Assembly: GCA_903813345.2 (NCBI GenBank)
Contig: CAIIXF020000001.1
Location: 29,884,001 to 29,948,000, forward strand
Reading direction: 5' to 3'
Origin: Owenia fusiformis
Taxonomy: Eukaryota
Length of the DNA stretch: 64,000 nt
Shown here: positions 40,197 to 52,416 of the stretch, one piece after another
Layout: every line of letters starts with the position of its first letter
Numbering within the stretch: position 1 is the stretch's first letter
The notes under the pieces: generated by a model
What the model saw: the letters and a program-made list of their open reading frames with translations, nothing else
Database searches by the model: none
What the model was told of the DNA's origin: nothing
Made by a program: the position numbers and the translations under genes

Positions 40197-40652
40197 CAGT
40201 AAAATCTGTCTAATCCAAGGGACCAGCTCAGAGCGTTCGGATTAGGAGGTGTTCACATTTTGAGGTTTCGCATTTGCAAGATTTGGGTTTTTGAAGAAAT
40301 AGAAACAAATTCTCAATAAATATTATAGTTCTTTTGACTACTTAGCTTTGGCATTAGAGTGACATAAAAATCTGATTCAAATGAATTTAGTCATCCTAGA
40401 AAGCCCCACCATGAGTGAGATCGTTCAAGTTTTTTTCAAATATTTGATCAATTTATGGAACATGTGATATTTTATGTGTTCAGATTAGATAGGTTAATTT
40501 TCAAACATGACTGTTCACTGTCAAAATTGGGAGATGTTCATATTTCAAGTTTTTTAAACATTTGAGTCAATGGGAGAAAAAACGGGACCAAAAAATGTTA
40601 AAATTGGGAGGTGTTCGGATTAGCCAAGTGTTCAGATATACAGGTTTTACTG
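40197..40652. mobile_element. pogo/Tigger-like MITE
   Basis: TA|CAGTAAAATCTGTCTAATC...GATATACAGGTTTTACTG|TA with repeated GTGTTCAGATT/GTGTTCGGATT sub-terminal motifs. Related fragments lie at ~50585-51105 and ~52246-52290. Confidence 0.65.
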
Positions 40653-40725
40653 TACTACAATTGTTTTCAATCTTTTGGAGGAAAGTGTACATCATTCCAG
40701 AGAAATGACAGATGCACTGTATATA

Positions 40726-42804
40726 CAGTGATCGCCTACTATTAAAAGTGCGTGATCAAAGACTCGACAAGATGCGCAAAATTCAAATATTTTGTAACGG
40801 TTACTTTTAAAAGATTTATTTGTGTTTATATTACAGGCTACTGGTGATTCAATTAGGTTTTGTAGGCACAAGAACACCCATATGCTTTGAGAAATATATA
40901 TTAGTTTGACCATTTTTCGTATATGTTATTGATTTTACAATTTAAAGATATAAATGCGATACAATATGTGTTATTTTATTTAAAAAGCTTGAAAATATCA
41001 AAAACAATAGAACATTTTTACTCTCTTTAATTTTTTATACTTAGGTAGGGTCTTGGACTTCCATTTGACCATGATGAAATTCACGTTTCCCCTTCAATAA
41101 CATGGAATAAATATTTTAACACAGAAACGAATGGATCAGCCAATAGCGTGAGTTTCAGCAAACCATACACCCATATCTATATGCTTTTCAAGAGAAGAAA
41201 ATGGGGATCTCGCAAAATGTATGTCCAAACTGATTCAGTCAATTAAATGGTCACTGTGTGTGTGTTCATTTTGTTTGTCTGCCTAGATTTGAATACATTA
41301 CCATTAAATGATATATACATTGAACCTCTAGAACCTGCTAAGTGAAACACCTCTTGAAGCGTAACACCTTACAAGTGGAACTGTTTTTTAAGTTCCATTT
41401 TAGTCCATTTATTTAACGCCTCTGATCCCAAAGTATGAGAACTATACACCTTGGCATTCAAGATGATTGTCGAATTGTAATGTAATTGTAATTGTAATAA
41501 AATATAAAATCTGAATTGTACATTATCTATTTCATTGGGGAGTTAAATCATTCTTTTGCAGCAAGGTATCAATAAGTAATGTAATGACGTAATAACCTTC
41601 AGTAGATGCCAGTAGTCAGTTCCCAGTTTCACCACGAGGTGGCTAACTTGGGTCATATATAAATGACAGGTATAAGGGAAAACTCCTCTTAGGTATTCAA
41701 TATTCAGTCAACTAAGGTCTATAAGTGATTAGCTTGAGAATTTTAGAATTGTATGTAATCGAATGCAAAATAAACGATTAGTGAGCGTTTTTAGAGAAAC
41801 TCTACAAAATGTGAAATAAATACCATGCTATTATCTCTAATGACAGAGTTATGTGGATCGATGGGACCGAGTAAAAGTTCCAGTTTAGGCTTTGCTCAGA
41901 GGGGTATCATCTCAGATTAACTGGTGGACACTATTGGAGAATGAGAGTCTATTGTAATTTCAGAATCATTTATTGTCATTTCATTACTAATTGATATTCT
42001 CGTTCTATTGCAATTTCATTGGTAATTTTATTTGATTTTGTAGCAGTTGTTGAATCAGAGATTCTGGATGATTTCATTCGATTATTGTCAATCACTGAAA
42101 TTGTCATGAATTCATCACTTTCTACAAGTATGTGTTTATTAATTGATTTCACTTCATTTGGTATTATTCCAGAGAAATTTCGAATTCTTGTTATCATTCT
42201 AGATTTGCCTCTATTTTCAGTAATCTTTCTCATCTTCATCTCTTCTTCTTCATGATGTTCTACAAGGTGGTTTATAATGATTTGAAATTTAGGAGTTCGT
42301 AATGAAGGACAGTAAAATCATGTAAACCCAACCACTCTGAAATGCAAAGAACATATCATTAGAATCCACATGGTAAAATCACCCACTTGGCTGATCATAA
42401 ATTGTTTTCATAACATCCTTCTTACTCGATACTGAAGGGGAGTTGGAACGTCTGATATGCATGTAATGTTAAGTATTATGTATATTAACCATAAGCATGT
42501 TGGTTTTGTGGTTTTGGTAATCTAAAAACAGAAAATTTGGTGAAATATACATTTTCATTCGGCGGTTTTTTGATTTTGCTTCATTTATTAACTCAGTTCA
42601 GGTATTTCGGTTGAACCAATCACCGAATCCTGTTACCAAATGAATCTTGAGTCTCTTATACAGCATATGGAATACCATCTGTAGGTAAAATGTCATAAAG
42701 GTGGTAAAGAAAAGAGAAACAAACATACCTTTCCTCCGACATTTCGAATTTTGCGCATCTTGTCGAGTCTTTGATCACGCACTTTTAATAGTAGGCGATC
42801 ACTG
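40726..42804. mobile_element. 2.1-kb TA-targeting DNA transposon (Tc1/mariner superfamily-like), non-autonomous, with a decayed coding remnant
   Basis: A near-perfect ~59-bp TIR (CAGTGATCGCCTACTATTAAAAGTGCGTGATCAAAGACTCGACAAGATGCGCAAAATTC) occurs at both ends, flanked by TA. A - strand open stretch runs ~42320-41976. Confidence 0.85.
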
Positions 42805-43451
42805 TACATACAGTGAGGTGACACACTGTTATGGGAACTGGTCATATCAGATGTTCCCACGCTTTTCGTCCAGAAGAGGTCACTTCCCAGGATTATAGAT
42901 GAACCCTTGGCCAATCAATGATATAGTTTACATAAGAGAAGTATGACTGTATGAATTCTGGGATATTCCTGTTTTGTTGAGACAGGTGAGAATAAAATTA
43001 ACCCTTTGCAAATTTGATCAATACTGCCTCCAATCATCCAATACTTGGCTCAGTTAAAATAGTTGATTTATATTTGAATTCGATAATAACATTTAAAAAT
43101 TAAATGTGTAGTAGACTAGTAATACTTTAGTACCTCTTATTAATTAATGTATAATATTACAACATACAAAATGATGTAGGCAATTTGTTTCATAAAAATC
43201 TAAAAGTAAAATTCATAATTTAAATTTACCCTCTGGGAGCCCCAAAATTTTAGAAAATGCATTTTCTTGGTGATGTATTTTCTAAACTACCAAACAAAAG
43301 AGACCAATAAGAATAAGAGTTATCAAGATGTTCTCTTGAGTATTGCATTGTGGGTAATTATTCAAGAACACATTCCAATAAAAACATAATTTGTGGGAGA
43401 ATGTTCACTTTCTGTATTGTCATAATTATGATGAATTCCAATTTTTATTAA

Positions 43452-43855
43452 GGTTCAGCTGGAAAGTAACATTTTGGTAAAAAATTGCTATACCTGCACA
43501 TGTTATTTTCTGGTACATAATTAAGTATGAAGGCATGTGTGTATTTCCTTGCTTTTTTCAGGAAAGTATCATTACACTGTCTACTTTTAGTAAACCTGGA
43601 AACAGGTCAATGGTAGCTCCTGTGTTGTCTGGAAACTTTGAAAGAAAATTTGGAAAAACAGGAAGTGTGAAATATCAGAATTCCCTGGAGTTCCCTTTGA
43701 ACGCCTACCAGATATTCTAAAAGAAGACAATGTAATGATACTTTCCTGAAAAAACCAAGGAAATTGATACATGCCTTCATACTTTATTTTGTACCAGAAA
43801 ATAACATGTGCAGGTATAGCAATTTTTTACCAAAATGTTACTTTCCAGCTGTACC
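43452..43855. mobile_element. Palindromic MITE with TTAA TSD (Kolobok-like)
   Basis: TTAA|GGTTCAGCTGGAAAGTAAC...GTTACTTTCCAGCTGTACC|TTAA; the ~135-bp arms are highly similar. Confidence 0.85.
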
Positions 43856-44188
43856 TTAAATTATCAAGATGTATGTAGAAGATCATGTTTTTATTTTTGA
43901 GTTATTTCTTTTAATCATCAATAAAAAGTACAAAATAAGATTTTCTTGGAATGTGTACATTCTCCAATTTTGAAAACCCATGGCAATGTTTATGTATGAA
44001 ATATGGGAAGTTGCCTACCCTTCTAGTTGAAAGCCCATGGGCTAACAAAGTCAGCACTATCAATACCCTTTGCATTCGTTTGACTTCACTTCTTAAAAGA
44101 GCTTCGTCTTCACTCTTTCAAACTAAAATAAACCTGTGAACTCACTGCGCCAATCAGTGTTCGTCTGCCAAATTTGACCGACGTTCTA

Positions 44189-44425
44189 CAGTTGGGGACA
44201 AAAATAAATGACAGGTCGATTTTCGATCACCATTTCCTAATTACGGTGGTCTGAAAGCCCATAATTTCCAATATTGTCTAGATACATATCCCTTAAAATT
44301 TGCATATTTTACATTTTGTATAATCTCATCCACTGATTTATGGCCTCTTGTAAATTCTCTTATTTTTAACATGGGAAATCCTCACTTCAGCAAATCCACC
44401 TGTCATTTATTTATGTCCCCAACTG
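44189..44425. mobile_element. Tc1/mariner-type MITE
   Basis: TA|CAGTTGGGGACAAAAATAAATGACAGGT...ACCTGTCATTTATTTATGTCCCCAACTG|TA; the TIRs match at 27 of 28 bp. Confidence 0.85.
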
Positions 44426-44734
44426 TATATATGGTCATTCCTTCTGACGTCATCCTTGAGCCCGGAATTGGCCAATGACATTCGCATATTTAATTAGCAC
44501 GCTGATTTGTGGAAGAAAGGTCAGCGCATAGGCCAGAAGTGATTTATTACCCAAACTGTCACCCGTACCCGTCGTTGGGGTGGGGCTACTAAACTGTAAT
44601 ATGGTCTCTACTAGGTAGAGTGTAGTTTAACTAGACTCTGCGCGCAGGGTACACTATCAATGGTATACTCTACCTTTAGTAATATATAATAGTTTTTCTC
44701 TATTATATATTACTAAAGTAGATCAACCATTGAT

Positions 44735-46419
44735 CACGGTGTTATAGCATGACAGATACGACAAGGCAATTGGCCAAATTTTGCGGTAACGATAACAAAA
44801 AATGGCGGACGGGAAAGACAGCATGTCCTCTTTTTCGCCTGTAGGCAAGATTCACAGTAAGCTTTCCTTTTCAACTAGTTCCATTCGGTGATGCATATGT
44901 GAATGGTTATAAAGATTGAGTTAAATATGTCGTGTGGTCTACAAGAAGCAGAATATAAGCTGTAAACCTACCCAGCTGAGATTTCGAAGTTCATAATTTT
45001 TAGTCCTTTTTCGTGTTTTCTCAGTATATGTGCCTCAGAGCCACTCAAAATACTAACTGTACGTAAACTGTGTATAAACAAGCCATAAAATGACAAATGC
45101 AGAACAGAAATTTGGTGAATATTGTAGATAATAAGGTTTCAATCGCAAGGTCGTTAGACAGATACGTATGTATTGCATGCTTTTTTATGGACAGGAACGC
45201 ATTGTATTAGTTTTACATTAGATGTTAGCGGACGGTTACATGCAAGTTCCTGTCAAGTCAAGGTCCCTAGTTGAATAGCTCTCTCTGTGTGAACTGCCTA
45301 TATTTGTTTTCAGGACTCGCAAGAGACGCTCTTGCTTGAGCCTCTATAGGGCAAGGAAAAAAATAGCGAAAGCCAATGAAAGTGAAAATGATTGTAATGA
45401 AGAGGCAAAGGAAGACATAAGTAACAACGAGCAGGCGACGGAAGAAAACAACTACAAATTAATTGATGATGTCATGAGTGACATTAGACATATATTACCA
45501 TTATTACAAATCATATTCAGCTGTTTATGTCACCATCGTCATAATAGTGGAATAACGTCATTTCAACGTTATTACTATTATTACTATTATTACCATTACC
45601 ATTACCATTACCGTTAATGCCCAGGGCTGAAATAGCAAATTTGAAATAGAAAATCTTACGCACTGAACGATATCACTTTTCCCGGGAAACATAGCCGGGC
45701 GGATAATATCATTATTGCCCGACTAAAGTCATTAACGCCCGACACAATATTGCTCACGTCAATATAGCAATTTAAATGCCTTCTCAACTAGTACTAAAAC
45801 CCCTAGAACAGGCCCTGCAAGGTGGTAATAATACGATTTCATCTATTATAGCTTACAAAACTCAAATCCGGTTGAAAAACATTTCAATTTTGGATCACAA
45901 GCGATATGAAATGATTCGGTTTTACAAATATGAACGAGGTTAGCGTAACTGTCTATCAATTTTTGGCGTATCCGCAAATTCAAAATACATTATTATGGCT
46001 TGAGTAGAACATATTAAGTGGTTTACAATGCTTAATTGGCTTTGTATGATCGTATGTAGGTTACCTTTATATACACCAAGGTTGTTGCGCAATGTAGATC
46101 ATGCCCTAACGAGGAAAAGAAACAAATAACTAAATTTTATGAAGTTTTGAATTTCAAACTCGACAGTTTTTCGCTTATTTCATGTTATCCATGGGCGTCG
46201 ATTTGCAAAGACTACGTTCAAAATAAACATTACTGAATGCATCACCGAATGCGACGCTTACATAAATCTTTCATGTTTCTATTGATACGCAGTAGTAGAA
46301 CATAATGCACCTACCTTAGCTTTCTGTTTCATCGTGGCCATTTTATTGGATAAATCAGTGATCGTATTCGACTAACCTCGTTTTCAGAGGTGGCGTATCC
46401 GTCATGCTATAACACCGTG
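44735..46419. mobile_element. 1685-bp CAC-terminated element with 5-bp TSD (Transib/RAG-like), internally deleted
   Basis: 26-bp TIR CACGGTGTTATAGCATGAC(A/G)GATACG with one mismatch. TTGAT is directly repeated at 44730-44734 and 46420-46424. Removing the element plus one TTGAT restores the host palindrome CACTATCAATGGT...ACCATTGATAGTG. Confidence 0.8.
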
Positions 46420-47107
46420 TTGATAGTGCTGACTTTGCTTTCAACTCAAGGGTCTACGCTTCCCACATTTCATACATAATCATAGTCCAACTTCATTAAA
46501 CTCAATAACGGCGTTCTTTGCTATTAGGAATTTTGTTGGTCATTATTGGGTTTAACCCCCTTACTATTCTTTCCTTTATGAAAGTCCTTATTCAAATCAG
46601 CCCCATAACTATACTTGTGTATTGAAATCTTTGGGTTAAAAATAGGCTGGATTTAATGGTTATTTAGATAAAATTAAGCTTTGAATCAACAACTGACAAT
46701 GTTTTAAAACCCCAAGATTTCAATACAATAAAGTAGTTGTGGGATGACTTGAAAAATCGACCCCACATTTATGGGGTAATTTATGTATGGTCCAAACTGA
46801 AGGGAGAAGGGCAATTTGTGATTGGGATTCAGACGATTGGGATTTGGATCATTGGGATTTGGACCAATGGTGTGCCCTCACTATTTCAACCCCACGTAGA
46901 TGATATCCTATTATCCTCACACCAATATGCCAAGAGTTACAAATTTCCTCTGAAAATAGGGATGTGGGAAAAGCCGGAAGACTTGCTGAGGATAAGATCA
47001 AGGGAGACATCAGGGAATCTGTACCTGGAAACCTCTCCCCCACTACATAAAAATGTTTGATATTTTTAGATGAGGACAATAGACCAGGGTTATGTGTCAA
47101 CTGTAGG

Positions 47108-50100
47108 ATGTTTGAGACCCCAGACTATTCACACCTCACCAAAAGCTCAATATTTGAAGAGATCTATGAGCCTGCAGAAGATACATTCTTGTTACTAGAT
47201 GCCATTGAAAAGGATTATAAAAATATAAAATCAATCAAGTATGTCAAAACTCTTTTTAAAATAAGACTTTTATATATGCATTGCACATTCCTGTTATTCA
47301 ATATAGTTTTTTGATCTTCAATCTAGTCTATGCTAATCTTGCACAATTGCGGAACTTTGCATCGATTTTTTAAAAAATTAATTTTCCATTGGATTGAATT
47401 GAGAGGCTAATTTCACATTTGCTTTTTAGACCCCTAGTTTGCCTAGAAGTGGGATGTGGTAGCGGCATTGTTATAACCTTCTTGGCTAAGACATTTGGCA
47501 GCAACTTGTTCTACTTGTAAGTAAGCTTACATTCGTGTTCCACTGCAAGCGTATTTGATATGAAGTAATACTCCACCACTTCAAAAGATTCTTGCAAATA
47601 TATCAAATTATCCCTGGCAATATAACATTGATGGAATGTATAATATTAATTGCATTTTGCTATTCAAAAACTGTTCAACTGGAAGCTTTGAATTTTATAC
47701 AAAAAATAGATGGCATCTTAGTCATTCACATTTAATAATGTTGAAACAACGAACACCAATGTATCCTATAACAGAGTCAGTTTCATTGACGTAAAATATT
47801 CTTGTTTATCATTGATACTTATTCAATACCTCACATGAAAGTGATTCTGATTTAGGAATAAGTATTAATATTTTTTCATCTTGTAGAGCTACTGATATTA
47901 ACCCTATAGCTGCCAAGGCCACTCGAGAAACTGGGTTACAAAATGGAGTCAGTATTGAGGTCTTCATCTCAAATCTGGTGAGTATTCCATATCAAACACC
48001 ATAGTAAAGCAGAACACCTCATTTATTGTTATACCCAAAACACAGTATTTCACTTGTTCATCACTGGAAAACATTCATACTTGTTAAAGCATTAATTTTG
48101 AGATCACTTCCATAACCTCTGGAGTTATATGCATGTGCCTAAAATTGATAGGAATAAACTTTAGTTACTCGGAACAGAGGAGTTGATTGTTGGAATTTCA
48201 TAATAACCTTGTTATTAAATCCCTATACCTTTCTATTTTGAGGAGGGGACTTATAACTTACCCTAATACCCAAGGCCTGTTTTATGAAAACCTTATAAAA
48301 ATGTACAGTACCCCTGGGCTTTTCGTGTGTTATGTGTAGATTGATCACTCTTGAAAAAATATTTGTTCAAAAAGATGGCACTGCATTCATGTTAATGGTG
48401 CAATCAGTTTAGTTCATGACATACAAGCAGGATTGTTCATTATTAGTACAAAGTATGGCATGACATTAAACATGGTACACATAGCAAAATAGCAATTTAT
48501 TCCATAAATGTTAATACATAGAGAAATATTTTGTGTTTTAGGGGGACGCAATGCTGCCAAGGTTAACTGGTCTCATTGATGTTATTGTGTTTAACCCTCC
48601 ATATGTTGTCACTCCATCAACAGAGGTATGTACACTGGTGTTATATTGTACTTGAGACTATGGGGTGTTTGGCTGTAGGGTGTCACAATGTATGCAGCAG
48701 AGGTATGTACACTGGTGTGATATTGTACTTGAGACTAAGGGGCGGTTGGCTGTAGGGTGTCACAATGTATGTGAGACAGAGGTTTGTACACCGGTGTTAT
48801 ATTGTGGGTGGTTGGCTGTAGGTTGTCACAATGTATGCAACAGAGGTATGTACACCGGTGTTATATTGTACTTGAGACTAAGGGGTGGTTGGCTGTAAGG
48901 TGTCACAATGTATGTGAGACTGAGTGACATCCACATGTCCATCCATTTATCTGTTTGGGCTATAATTTAAACACTAATCAGATTATAGATTGCTGCTAAG
49001 AAAGGATCATAGGCCAAGGGTGATAGAAATAATTTTCAAATAAAGATGGCATGGTAATCGATCTGTGTTTATTAATAGAATTCTGCCGCTGCCATTTTGT
49101 TCGTTGAAATTTGCTACTTCATGGTAACTATGCAACCAGATAATTAATTATTTAGAGTACCCTTAAAGAGAACATATAGAACATACTTTATCCCCAACTC
49201 TTGAATCTAATTAAATTTGCTCTTAATGACTCTAATAAAACTTTAATGCGGTCACTTTGACAATGTTGCTAGTACATGTAGAGTTAATTGCAAATGTCCT
49301 CGTGTTTTCTTATAAAGAGAGCTTTTCAGTGAAAGACTTAAAACAGACCAGCTGTGGTGATTATGTGCCTCATACACTGCCCATTAATTGTTTTCCCCCG
49401 AGCATTCCACCTTTATGCATTTGTGGTACATGTATATATAAAAACAGGGAATACAATCAATACATGCTACTGACGGAGCATAAAGGTACGCAATTCACAT
49501 ATAATCTAAGGAATAAAGACTAGTATCCTGTGATTAATGGCAACTTTTGTTATGATGATAAGGCATCCAGAAAGGAGGAGGGAAATTATTGCAACAGATT
49601 TCGGATAGTCATATGTTGGATTTTGGCTATTCTCTGAGTATTTAAACAGGTGCATATGATAAATCAATGCATTACCTCCAAGAAAAGCACTCATAGATAT
49701 GATAAAATGATTTTGACCCTGAGACAGGGGAGGTGCAAACAACTCACCCATATGTTTTTTCTGAAATTATGTTCTGATTTTCAACCCCATCCAACCCTGC
49801 TTTTTCAATTTTTGTTGCATCAATATGTTGTGTTTTGACACACAGTTAACCACTTTTAAGGAATACGTAATTCCTACAGGGGTTTTAAAGATATCCATTA
49901 TGGGTGACCAAAATTAACTGAAAGCAATGGATTGCATGGGTTTTCCCAATGGGAAAATAACATGGGAAATATTGTTTTCCACTTTATCTAAAAGGAATCA
50001 CTTATTCCTTTAAAGGGGTTAACTGTGTCAAAACACAATATATTTATGCAAGAAAAATTAAAAAACCCGAGTGGAAGGGGTTGAAAATCAAGAAAACATT

Positions 50101-52049
50101 TCAGAAAAAACATGTGGGTGGGTTGTTTGCATCTACCCTGTCTCAAAGTAGGAATTATTTTATCATCTCTAGAAGTGCTTTTCCTGGAGGTTATGCATTG
50201 GCCTAACATATGCACCTTTTTAAATCCTCAAAAATAGCCAAAATCCAACATATGACTGTCCGAAATCTGTTGCGCTAATTTCCCTCCTCCTTTAACTAGA
50301 ACATATTTGCATTTAGTTGTCTGATGAATAAGTTATACATACCCCATTAGAGACCAGTAAATCAATATTGTTACATCACATATCATATTAGAATGTATAT
50401 TATAATATATAATATATTAACACCAATATTATGATATATATTAACACCAACAAGGTTCTATTTATATTGGATTATGGTGAATTCAATGTGAATATTAACA
50501 ATATGAAGAATGTGATAATGGATCTGCATTTTGTGGATAGCTGGATGGTTACTCATTGGATGACATTAATATCTGTACATGTATATCCAAAAACCTCTCT
50601 AATCTGAATACCTCTCAATGTGAACACTTTTTTAAGTCTACCATAGCATTGTTTAGAAACCTTGAAATGTGAACGCCAGAGAAATTTCTCTTTTTAATAA
50701 TCCTAAGAGATTCTAGGGCCCTACCGAAATTCACATCATCTGATATTCTTTATCCATGTATCACAAATAAATCCCAAGTCCTCCAGTTCCTTACCATGCA
50801 CTTATTACCTTATGAGTATTATAAAAAATAGTTAAACAAGTTAATCATAAACTTATGTCCAACAAATTTCAAGTTTTTCAATCCCTTAATAATGAACTAT
50901 ACGATACGCCTAAATGTGGTGTTGGTCCCAGGCAGGCTAGATTTCAACTGATTGGTCATGGATTTGTGGACTCTAATTGTTGTTCACTTGGAATACTTTT
51001 TTAAATGTACCATAGCATTGTTTAGAAACCTTGAAATGTAAACACCAGCCAATCCGAATGCTTTTGACCATTCCAAGTGGTGTTCGGATCAGACAGGTTT
51101 TACTTTAGATAGAGGTAGAATGAGTGATACTGCAGTTGAAGAAATTGCAAGTAACATAGCCAATGAATCAGCTAATGTGTTCTATATCTTGGGACATCTC
51201 ACTATTCTCTTTTTCAACTCATTTAAATTATTTCAATATTTATGTACATGCAAATCTTTGTTATCTTTTGTGAAAAAGATTCAAATAAACCATGCATTTT
51301 GGCTTGAACTATGTGTTCAATTTTATCTCACCAAATATCATAAATTCAATATCATTAGTTTTCTAGTTGTTATTAAGATGTTCATTTATTACTAATTAAA
51401 TGGAACCACTACAAATCAGCACCTGTAATATTTAATTATCGAGCTGGAAATCATTTATTCGCAGTTGAGATATAGGCTAGCGTTTAATTTGGTAATTTAC
51501 ATAATTTCATTGCTGTATTATTTTGTGGTACAAATCTTAATAATCATAATAGAGGTATTACTTGTCATATTGTTTATGCTATGTTTCAGGTTGGTTGTGG
51601 GGGTTTATCTGCCTCTTGGGCTGGGGGCAAGGATGGGAGAGAAGTCACAGACCAGTTCTTAAATCTTGTTCCGCATTTCCTCTCTAAACAAGGCATCTTA
51701 TATCTTGTTATCATCAAAGAGAATAAACAAGGTTTGTTCTGTTTTTATGCTTTCAAGTATAATATCCTCAAAAAGTTATTAAGTTATACATCAGTTACAA
51801 AGATATTAAGTTAATATATTAAAAATATTATTAACATCTCAAATTGGAACTTTGGGTTGCAGAGGATCGATTGGAGGGAAGTATACATTGACTGTCGAAT
51901 ATATGAACTATCTAATTGTAGATGAGATAGAGTCCATACTACAGAAACATGGATTCAGTATGGAAATTATCATATCCAGACGGTCTGGACCTGAGTTCCT
52001 GTCTGTCCTCAAGTTCTCGAGAGAAAATCTGCACACAACGCCTCCTTGA
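47108..52049 (+). CDS. N6AMT1: HemK-family methyltransferase N6AMT1/HEMK2 (eRF1 glutamine methyltransferase), ~220 aa, 6 exons
   Basis: Exons 47108-47238, 47430-47516, 47887-47977, 48542-48625, 51590-51731 and 51922-52049 have GT-AG boundaries and phases 2,2,0,0,1. Motifs: YEPAEDTFLLLDA, CLEVGCGSG (SAM-binding motif I), ATDINP, VFNPPYVVTP, SWAGGKDGREV and RRSGPEFLSVLKFSR. Confidence 0.95.
48621..48920 (+). repeat. Four-copy ~64-79-bp tandem repeat starting at the N6AMT1 exon 4 donor
   Basis: The unit CAGAGGTATGTACACTGGTGTTATATTGTACTTGAGACTA...TTGGCTGTAGGGTGTCACAATGTATG starts at 48621, 48698, 48777 and 48841. Confidence 0.9.
49573..50291. mobile_element. Long-TIR MITE (Kolobok-like) in N6AMT1 intron 4
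   Basis: AGGAGGAGGGAAATTA...TAATTTCCCTCCTCCT|TTAA with ~300-bp inverted arms. TTAA is preserved only on the right side. Confidence 0.8.
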
Positions 52050-52416
52050 GCTTTAATCACATCGGGAGGACCTGTTGGAGTAAGTCAACATTAACAGACA
52101 TTCAGCTCACTTTAAAGCTAACACAGCACAAAATAAATAATATTTTGGATTAAATGTAACCATCACAAGACTTATCGTGTAACTGCCAATATTGCTGAAT
52201 GGTTTATACTCTAAAGGTGTAGGCTGAGTAGCCTCATACCTAAAACAGTAAAACCTGTAGATCTGAACGACTAACTTGATCTGAACATCTCTTGGTTGAT
52301 GTGAATGTGAAGAGTTCTAATGAATGAACTTCCCTATAATATAATAATGATGTGTACAATTATGATCTTCCGTTAAGAGGATAACGAGGCAATAGCAAAG
52401 ACTAATATTTTTCCAA

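Noticed and set aside
44735-44775. A full RSS (heptamer, 12/23 spacer, nonamer) in the CACGGTG TIR
   Set aside because: Only the heptamer-like CACGGTG is present; there is no ACAAAAACC-like nonamer at 12- or 23-bp spacing.
45336-45617. Stand-alone 93-aa gene ending in poly-Tyr/His
   Set aside because: It has a non-ATG start and its tail is a TAT/TAC/CAT microsatellite; I treated it as a remnant inside the transposon.
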